A stretch of 24,000 nucleotides of DNA. Source: Mobilitalea sibirica (GTDB lineage: Bacteria; Bacillota; Clostridia; Lachnospirales; Lachnospiraceae). The notes under the pieces were generated by a model. The model saw nothing but the letters and a program-made list of their open reading frames with translations, had not been told where the DNA came from and did no database searches. Where the stretch lies: the NCBI RefSeq assembly GCF_015999265.1, contig NZ_JAEAGR010000001.1, positions 387,330 through 411,329 on the forward strand, in the 5' to 3' direction. Positions 15,059 to 22,216 of this stretch are shown here, piece by piece (the first letter of the stretch is position 1; the number at the start of each line of letters is the position of its first letter). The position numbers were made by a program, and so were the translations under genes.

Positions 15059-17524
15059 ATGATAGGAGAATTAAAAGAATACAATCAAAAAAGGAATTTT
15101 GATAGAACCCTGGAGCCGGAAGGAGAAGCAGAATACTCAGAAGAAGGTCTGAGATTTGTCATCCAACACCACATGGCACGAAGAGAACATTACGATCTAC
15201 GTCTGGAGTGGGCAGGCGTTCTCTTAAGCTTTGCGGTACCCAAGGGACCATCCTATAAAACCAAGGATAGAAGACTAGCAGTACAGGTTGAGGATCATCC
15301 GTTGGAATATAGGAATTTTGAAGGGACGATACCCAAAGGGGAATACGGTGGAGGGGTAGTTATGCTCTGGGATGAAGGCTTTTGGGAGCCTTATATTAAT
15401 GTGGAAGAAGGCTTGCGAGAAGGTGTACTGAAGTTTGTATTAAAAGGTAGAAGACTTAAGGGAAAGTGGGCTCTAATTCGGATAAAAGGGAGTCCAGGAG
15501 AGAAAGCGGACAACTGGCTTTTTCTAAAAGAGAAGGATGAGTATGTGAAAGATACTGACGGGATATCAGGATTTGTTACCAGCATCAGGACCGGCCGCAC
15601 CATGGAGGAAATTGAGAAGGGGGAAGATGAGAAATTCATAAAAAACCCTTTTCAAGTGGCGCAGGTGCAGCTGGCTAAGCTAGTGAAGACCATACCTGAG
15701 GATGAGAATTGGCTCTATGAACTGAAATATGACGGGTATCGAATCATGGCCTTTGTGGAAGGTAACAGCGCCCGTCTAATCACTAGGAACGGGAATGATT
15801 TCGCTCATCGCTTTCATGACATAGTATCCTCTCTTTTAAGTTTCTCTTCAGGAAGAGCAATGGTTCTGGATGATGAAATCGCAGTGACAGACGCAGCGGG
15901 TAAGACCGATTTTCAGGCGCTTCAAAACTATATGAAAAACCCGAAAGGTAAAAATCTTACTTATATCGTCTTTGATCTTCTGGCGTTGGATGGGGTAGAT
16001 CTTCGTAACCGCCCTCTTATCAAGAGAAAAGAGATGCTTGAGACACTTATGAAGGATACTCCCAAAAACCTTTATTATAGCCGCTATATCAGAGGAAAAG
16101 GGAAAGAAAGCTTTGCTGTGGCCTGTGAGGCAGATATGGAAGGAATTATCGGCAAGAAGGCTGACTCTGTCTATAGCGGAACAAGAAACGGTGACTGGAT
16201 TAAAGTAAAATGTGATAAAAGGCAGGAGTTCGTAATCGGAGGCTATACCAGGTCCGAAAAAAGAACCAATGGCATAAGCTCGTTGCTCCTTGGTGTCTAT
16301 GAAAAGGAAGAACTAGTTTTTGCAGGACGTGCCGGCACAGGTTTTAGCGAAGCTGAAATGAAGAGACTGGAAGAGAAATTTGACAACATACAGAGGATGG
16401 CTTCACCTTTCCGAGTAGAGCCAAAACTAAAAGCCGATGAAAGGATTATATGGCTTGAGCCTGTATTTGTTGCGGAGATAAAATTTGCCGAATGGACCCA
16501 GGAGAATCTGTTAAGGCAGGCTAGTTATAAAGGCTTGCGAGAGGACAAGGATCCCAAAGAGGTAAGAAGAGAAAAAGCAGAGAAGGAAACAGAGGAAGAA
16601 ATAGAGGAAGAAACTCTACCTCAGTCATCTGTAGAAGAAGAGGAAAAGCCAGTGATAGATACAGACAGCCGTCTCAGGATTCAGGGAGTGAAGATTACCA
16701 ATCCAGATAAGGTGTTATTCGATGATCCTAAGATCACGAAGGAAGAGGTAATCAGGTATTATGCGGAGGTATCGATACGGATGCTGCCGTATGTGAGTCA
16801 TAGGCTTCTTAGTGCGATCCGCTGCCCCAAGGGAATATCCCAGACCTGCTTCTTTAAAAAACATCCCGGACCAGGGAGTAAACAGGTAATTGCATATCCA
16901 GTATCTACTAGTAGTGGAGAAACAGAAGATTACTTTTATGTTGAAAATGCAGCCGGACTGATAGAGGAAGCTCAGATGGGTACACTAGAGTTTCATATCT
17001 GGGGCAGCAGTGTCGAAACCCTTGAAATGCCCGATATGATGGTTTTTGATTTAGATCCGGATGAAGGAATGGAGCTTGACAGAGTACGACAAGGCGTACT
17101 GGATGTGAGAGGGATTCTTACTGAACTATCACTTAACTCCTATCTTAAAACCAGTGGAGGTAAAGGTTATCATGTGGTTGTTCCTCTTAAGCCGGTGGCT
17201 TCCTGGGAGGTTTTTCATGATTTTGCAAGACGGGTAGCAGAGGTTATGGAGCAGAAGTGGCCGGATCGTTATACCAGTAATGTAAGAAAATCCAAGCGTA
17301 AAGGCAAAATCTTCATCGATTGGATGAGAAATGGAAGAGGGGCTACCAGTATTGCACCCTATTCACTAAGAGCAAGAAAAGGAGCCAGGGTGTCTATGCC
17401 AATTTCATGGGATGAGCTTGATACGGTGGCACCAGACAGCGTCACTATGAAGGAAGCGCTTATAAGAAGCGGTGGAGACGACCCTTGGAACGGTTTTTTT
17501 GAGAACAATCAAATGCTAAAATAA
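15059..17524 (+). CDS. ligD: Multifunctional DNA ligase D (3'-phosphoesterase - ATP-dependent ligase - primase/polymerase)
   Basis: 821 aa, starting 3 nt after the ku stop. PE domain: FVIQHHMARREHYDLRLE...VEDHPLEY..FEGTIP. Ligase motif I: YELKYDGYR (Lys codon 15725-15727). OB region: VKCDKRQEFVIGGY. Glu-rich linker. Pol domain: MVFDLDPDEG, KTSGGKGYHVVVPL, IDWMRNGRGATSIAPYSLR. Confidence 0.92.
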   Translation: MIGELKEYNQKRNFDRTLEPEGEAEYSEEGLRFVIQHHMARREHYDLRLEWAGVLLSFAVPKGPSYKTKDRRLAVQVEDHPLEYRNFEGTIPKGEYGGGVVMLWDEGFWEPYINVEEGLREGVLKFVLKGRRLKGKWALIRIKGSPGEKADNWLFLKEKDEYVKDTDGISGFVTSIRTGRTMEEIEKGEDEKFIKNPFQVAQVQLAKLVKTIPEDENWLYELKYDGYRIMAFVEGNSARLITRNGNDFAHRFHDIVSSLLSFSSGRAMVLDDEIAVTDAAGKTDFQALQNYMKNPKGKNLTYIVFDLLALDGVDLRNRPLIKRKEMLETLMKDTPKNLYYSRYIRGKGKESFAVACEADMEGIIGKKADSVYSGTRNGDWIKVKCDKRQEFVIGGYTRSEKRTNGISSLLLGVYEKEELVFAGRAGTGFSEAEMKRLEEKFDNIQRMASPFRVEPKLKADERIIWLEPVFVAEIKFAEWTQENLLRQASYKGLREDKDPKEVRREKAEKETEEEIEEETLPQSSVEEEEKPVIDTDSRLRIQGVKITNPDKVLFDDPKITKEEVIRYYAEVSIRMLPYVSHRLLSAIRCPKGISQTCFFKKHPGPGSKQVIAYPVSTSSGETEDYFYVENAAGLIEEAQMGTLEFHIWGSSVETLEMPDMMVFDLDPDEGMELDRVRQGVLDVRGILTELSLNSYLKTSGGKGYHVVVPLKPVASWEVFHDFARRVAEVMEQKWPDRYTSNVRKSKRKGKIFIDWMRNGRGATSIAPYSLRARKGARVSMPISWDELDTVAPDSVTMKEALIRSGGDDPWNGFFENNQMLK

Positions 17525-17541
17525 TGAGGATTATTGCAGTT

Positions 17542-18831
17542 TCATATGATCCGAAAGCGTACCACAAAGGTCGCTCCGCCACCGACCGTATCACGAACTG
17601 ATATTTTACCGCCCTGAAGCTGCACTAATTCCTTCGCAATACTTAAACCAAGTCCAAAATGCTTCTTATCATTCCGGGATTGATCCACTCGGTAAAAGCG
17701 GTCAAAGATTAATTTTTTCTCCTGATCGTCAATTCCTAAGCCCTGATCCTCCACTTCCAGATTTATATGGTTGTTAGATATAAATCCACGCAAAATAATA
17801 CGTTTATGTATTGGTGTATAGGACAATGCGTTATCCAATAGGATTGCCAAAACTTGTTGTAAGCGTTCCTTATCCCCATAGAGAACGGGCAGCTCCCTTT
17901 CCGGAAGTTCTATAGTAAGAGTTCGTTCGTTTTGCCGAAATAAGGGTAAAAACATCTCATAGGTTTCAAGTAAAAGAGTATCGGTTTCAACCGGCTCTTT
18001 TTTCATGTGCCAGGATTTTGCATCAATGGAGGCTAAAAGGAGCATGTCGTCGATTAAGCGGGACATCCGTTTGCATTCCTTATCAATTCCATTAATAAAT
18101 TTCTGTGAATTTTGGGAGGCATCTGTAATGGCCGCATTGTTTGCATGGATGACTGACAGAGGAGAGCGTAACTCATGAGAGGCAGCAGCAATAAAACGGG
18201 TTTGCCTACGGTTACTTTCCTCCAAGGGTTTTAAGATGCGGCTTACAAAGCTTAGGCTTACGAGGAATAGTGCGATGATTCCTGCGAAGGCTAATAGACA
18301 AAATAGAATGCGCTGTTTAAAAATCACAGAGGAATAATTTGGTAAAAATTGAAGTAATAACAGACTTCTCCAACCGGAATCTGTGGGGATAATAACAGCA
18401 CAGCCATAATAAATCTCATCTTTTGCTCCTTTTATCGTAAAAATGTTACTTTTAGTCGTTTGATAGAAGATAGGATTTTTTTTAATATCTATCCCATTCT
18501 CGAAAGCAAGAGTAGTAAGTTGCTGCATTAACTGATTACGATTTGTCGGCGTTAATAAAACACCCTTATATGTTAGAGGAATTCCATTGTCCTCAATATG
18601 CATGAGTAGGTTATTTTTCTTTTCCAGTTGGGAAAGCCAGGAATGATTTATGGTATTCTCGAATTGAAGTTTGTTGGTGATTGTACTAACATTATTATGA
18701 AATGTAGCCAGTCTTTTTTCTGCTATTTCTTTCTCGGTATATACTAGAAGGACGATAATAACAATAATCAGAATAAATCCTGTAGACATAGAATATAGAA
18801 TGACCAACTTATTCCTTAGTGATTTAAACAT
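17542..18831 (-). CDS. Two-component sensor histidine kinase (2 TM, HisKA + HATPase_c)
   Basis: H-box: FIAAASHELRSPLS. N box: LLDNALSYT. G boxes: DQGLGI and FGLGLSIAKELV. Two hydrophobic segments flank a ~140-aa extracytoplasmic region. I prefer the ATG at 18831 (GGAGG 5 nt upstream) over the track's TTG at 18843. It converges on ligD with a 17-nt gap. Confidence 0.88.
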   Translation of the reverse strand: MFKSLRNKLVILYSMSTGFILIIVIIVLLVYTEKEIAEKRLATFHNNVSTITNKLQFENTINHSWLSQLEKKNNLLMHIEDNGIPLTYKGVLLTPTNRNQLMQQLTTLAFENGIDIKKNPIFYQTTKSNIFTIKGAKDEIYYGCAVIIPTDSGWRSLLLLQFLPNYSSVIFKQRILFCLLAFAGIIALFLVSLSFVSRILKPLEESNRRQTRFIAAASHELRSPLSVIHANNAAITDASQNSQKFINGIDKECKRMSRLIDDMLLLASIDAKSWHMKKEPVETDTLLLETYEMFLPLFRQNERTLTIELPERELPVLYGDKERLQQVLAILLDNALSYTPIHKRIILRGFISNNHINLEVEDQGLGIDDQEKKLIFDRFYRVDQSRNDKKHFGLGLSIAKELVQLQGGKISVRDTVGGGATFVVRFRII

Positions 18832-18890
18832 ATCTTCCTCCAATCTAATAGATTGCTGATAATAATTCCATTACATAGTATTATTAACTT

Positions 18891-19565
18891 CTATATTTCC
18901 TCAAGCTGATAGCCTACGGAATGTATTGTCTTAATGCGTGCCTTACAATTCACTGTCTTAAGTCTTCGTCTGACAAAATAGATATAATTGTCTAAGTTAC
19001 CGTCTTCCACAACAGAATCAAGTCCCCATACTCTGGTAAGGATCTGCTCTCTTGTAAGTATTTGCCCACGATTTCGAATTAGATATTCTAATAAGCAGGT
19101 TTCTTTATTCGATAATGTGACGGTTTTTGATTCAGCCGTTAAGGTATGTAGTTCAGTATCCAATGAAAAATTGGAGAACTTAAGGATTGTATTACTCTCA
19201 ATCGTTCTGGGACGTCTTGATAAAGCACGTATTCTCGCCAGCAGCTCACCGGTGTCAAAGGGCTTAACAAGATAATCATCTGCACCGGCATCCAGGCCAT
19301 CAATTCGATCGTTAATTCCGTTCATCGCAGTAACCAAAATAATTGGAGTTGTTATATTGTTTTTACGCAAAACTTGTAAAATCGTTAATCCATCCAAATA
19401 GGGAAGCATACGATCTAATATAATCACATCATAGGAGGCAGAAGAGCCGTAATAAATCGCTTCGTCACCCCGTAAACAGGTATCTACGATATATCCATTT
19501 TGCTTAAGCGTAAAGCTTAGGGCCTGACATAGATCCTTATCATCTTCAATCAGCAAAACTTTCAT
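18891..19565 (-). CDS. OmpR/PhoB-family response regulator
   Basis: REC: MKVLLIEDDKDL...VIILDRMLPYLDG...LVTA...VKPF. Winged-helix C-terminus: LTRVWG...YIYFVRRRL...IKTIHSVGYQL. I prefer the ATG at 19565 (GGAGG 9 nt upstream) over the track's TTG at 19580. Confidence 0.92.
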   Translation of the reverse strand: MKVLLIEDDKDLCQALSFTLKQNGYIVDTCLRGDEAIYYGSSASYDVIILDRMLPYLDGLTILQVLRKNNITTPIILVTAMNGINDRIDGLDAGADDYLVKPFDTGELLARIRALSRRPRTIESNTILKFSNFSLDTELHTLTAESKTVTLSNKETCLLEYLIRNRGQILTREQILTRVWGLDSVVEDGNLDNYIYFVRRRLKTVNCKARIKTIHSVGYQLEEI

Positions 19566-19954
19566 TGTAAATTCCTCCAATCATACCAAGAAACTTAGAG
19601 CTTATAAGGGTATATCACACTATTATAACATTATATCTGGGATTTCTCTAATAAATATCTAAAAAATATTTCCATATTTAGAGATTGATTGGAAAATTAA
19701 TTGTTATAATCAGGAGGAAGGATACACAAGAAGAATATAAAATAATTACAAGGGATAATTTTGTTCAAGGATTAAAGTTCAATACAATGTTAAAAAATTT
19801 ATACTTAAAATTACATATGACTATGACTTTAGGAATGAGGCCTATATTGGAGAGATTACTTGGTAAAAATATAATCTGGAAACAGGTTGATCATTTAGAA
19901 GCTACTGAAAAGAATAGTGAGAATAAAGTTAACAAGGAATAGGAGAGTTTTAGT

Positions 19955-22183
19955 ATGAAAAAGAAAATATCAATCATAATGAGTTGTTTACTACTGCTTT
20001 TAACTCTATCAGGATGTAGCAATGGAGGTAAAGGAGAAACAGAGGAGGAGAATATCACTGTAGAAGGTAAAATCGCAATGGGAAGATATGTGGAAGAGAC
20101 AATTGACTTTCCAAAAGAAGTAGATCCGGACGACTATATCTCTCTTACGGTTACTCCTTATGGAATTATAGAACTATATACATATAAGAACTTTGGTTCT
20201 TATGAAAAATATGTTTATACCGATAAAGAATGGACCAAAGAAAATGCAGATGAATTACAAGGTTTTAATAGAACCAATACGATGCGAATTACAGATGTAT
20301 TTTACGGTGAGGACGGGAGACAGTATTTATTAGGTAACTCCACAAAATATAAGAATGTACTCTATAGACTTTCTGACCAAGGAGAATATGAGAAGTTAGA
20401 AATAAAAAAATTTGAGGAGAAATATGCTGAGTATGATATGTACTATAGACCGCTGATTATAAAAGTGCTTAAGAATGGTATGATAGCCGCTAGTTATCTA
20501 AGGGGAGAAATTGAAGTATATTCGTCGGATGGACAGTCAGTAATAGCTGAGCTTACCAGTAGTTATGACGCTAAATTCACGGTAGAAGAGAATAACCTAT
20601 ACTATACAAGTCAAAACAAAGATGAGTTATTCACGATTGATATGGAAACCAAGGAAGAAGGAACCCCCAGAGCAATTGAGATTGATTTATCGAATATAGG
20701 CATCTTAGAATATGACAGTACAACGGCATATTTCTGTGATACCTCCGGAATACACCTAAATAAGGAGGGAAGCTCCCTATGGGAAACCATCGTGGATGGC
20801 AATCAAAGCAGTCTGAATATGCCATCCCTCACCCTTTCTAAGTTTATTGTAGGAGCCGAGGATGACTTTTACTGTGTGTATCAGGATATCAATAAAGCGG
20901 TTATAAAGTATTTATATTATGATGAAAACTTGAGTACGATACCTTCGGTCGAGCTTTCGATCTTTTCTTTGACGGATAGCAAGACGATCCGTCAGGCAAT
21001 AGCGATGTTTCGTGAAAAACATCCGGATGTGTTTATTAATTACCGGGTAGCAAAACAAGATCAGGGTAAATATTATACATACGGAATTGAAGACCCGGAA
21101 CAAACAGTAACGGACACGGATTATATCAAAACCTTGAATACGGAACTCTTGGCGTCAAAAGGAGCGGATATCTTAGTGTTAGATGGTCTGCCGGTCGATT
21201 CCTATATAGAAAAGGGTGTTCTTGAGGATATGGGTAGCATTTTTACTCCAATGTTGGAAAACGGAGAACTTATAGAAAATATCGCAGATAATTATATCGA
21301 TGATGGTAAGGTTTATGCTATGCCGGTTCGATTTAAGTTTCCAATTATTTATGGTAATGCGGAGGCTGTGAATTTTGCCGGTTCAATAAAGGAGCTTGCT
21401 GACTATACTAAAAGTAACCAAGAGATACCTTTACTATATGAAAGTAATTATCGGGCCTTGGCAGCTTGGTTTTTATTGATCTATTATGATCAGATTTTGA
21501 ATGATAAGAATGTTATCGATGAAGGAATGCTTCAGGATTTGTTAGAAGCTATGAATATCATAGCTTCTAACATTGGAGCCTCTAACGATGCAACTTTAGA
21601 TCATATGAATAAGTCCATAGGACATACAGTATTTGGATATTGGGTAGGCGCAATGGGATACTTACATAAGAAATTAATCCAAAGTAATATAGCTTTGATG
21701 AATGGAATCGCTGATTTTGCAATACCATTGGAAGCAACGAGACAGTGGAAGGGAACCTATAATGCAATGAATCATACTTATGTAGCAAGTGCGCTCATCG
21801 GCATTAACAGTGCAGGGAAACAGAAGGAATTAGCGAAAGAATTCATCCATTTGTTGTTCTCTGAAGAAGTGCAAAGCTTTGAGTTGGAGGATGGTTTCCC
21901 ATTGAATACAAAAGCTATGGACGGATGGATACAGCGAGATCAGTCAATGGGTATGAGTATCTTATTTGACGATGGTTATACAATTGTTTCTGACTATCCG
22001 ACATCATCGGTTAGAAAAAAAATATATGAAATAATATGCAGTTTGTCAAAGCCAATGATGAATGATACCACTATGTTAAACATGATTTTAGATGAGGCAG
22101 AGCGTTATCTAAGAGGTGATATTACAGCAGAGCAGGCAGCGAAAAATGCAGTAAGCAGTATCAATACCTATTTGAATGAATAA
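19955..22183 (+). CDS. Large lipoprotein: uncharacterised N-terminal ~320-aa domain + C-terminal extracellular solute-binding-protein-like domain (copy 1)
   Basis: 742 aa. Signal peptide with lipobox LLLLLTLSG-C (Cys21). AGGAGAG RBS. From aa ~330 the sequence looks like SBP_bac family proteins: ELSIFSLTDSKTIRQAIAMFREKHPDVFINYRV...ELLASKGADILVLDGLP...GVLEDM...DDGKVYAMPV. Confidence 0.8.
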   Translation: MKKKISIIMSCLLLLLTLSGCSNGGKGETEEENITVEGKIAMGRYVEETIDFPKEVDPDDYISLTVTPYGIIELYTYKNFGSYEKYVYTDKEWTKENADELQGFNRTNTMRITDVFYGEDGRQYLLGNSTKYKNVLYRLSDQGEYEKLEIKKFEEKYAEYDMYYRPLIIKVLKNGMIAASYLRGEIEVYSSDGQSVIAELTSSYDAKFTVEENNLYYTSQNKDELFTIDMETKEEGTPRAIEIDLSNIGILEYDSTTAYFCDTSGIHLNKEGSSLWETIVDGNQSSLNMPSLTLSKFIVGAEDDFYCVYQDINKAVIKYLYYDENLSTIPSVELSIFSLTDSKTIRQAIAMFREKHPDVFINYRVAKQDQGKYYTYGIEDPEQTVTDTDYIKTLNTELLASKGADILVLDGLPVDSYIEKGVLEDMGSIFTPMLENGELIENIADNYIDDGKVYAMPVRFKFPIIYGNAEAVNFAGSIKELADYTKSNQEIPLLYESNYRALAAWFLLIYYDQILNDKNVIDEGMLQDLLEAMNIIASNIGASNDATLDHMNKSIGHTVFGYWVGAMGYLHKKLIQSNIALMNGIADFAIPLEATRQWKGTYNAMNHTYVASALIGINSAGKQKELAKEFIHLLFSEEVQSFELEDGFPLNTKAMDGWIQRDQSMGMSILFDDGYTIVSDYPTSSVRKKIYEIICSLSKPMMNDTTMLNMILDEAERYLRGDITAEQAAKNAVSSINTYLNE

Positions 22184-22216
22184 GTAAAAATGAGCAATGA
22201 ATAGGAGAGTTTTAGT

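Noticed and set aside
20611-21103. Pairs of near-identical 63-aa minus-strand ORFs (20611-20802 / 22873-23064 and 20912-21103 / 23174-23365)
   Set aside because: Their duplication is a consequence of the 2262-bp tandem repeat. They are antisense to the lipoprotein genes and are not independent evidence of coding.
21579-21710. Divergent patch between the lipoprotein paralogues, considered as a diversity-generating retroelement template/variable-region pair
   Set aside because: Only about a third of the differences involve adenines in either copy, substitutions are of all types, and no reverse transcriptase gene is in the window.
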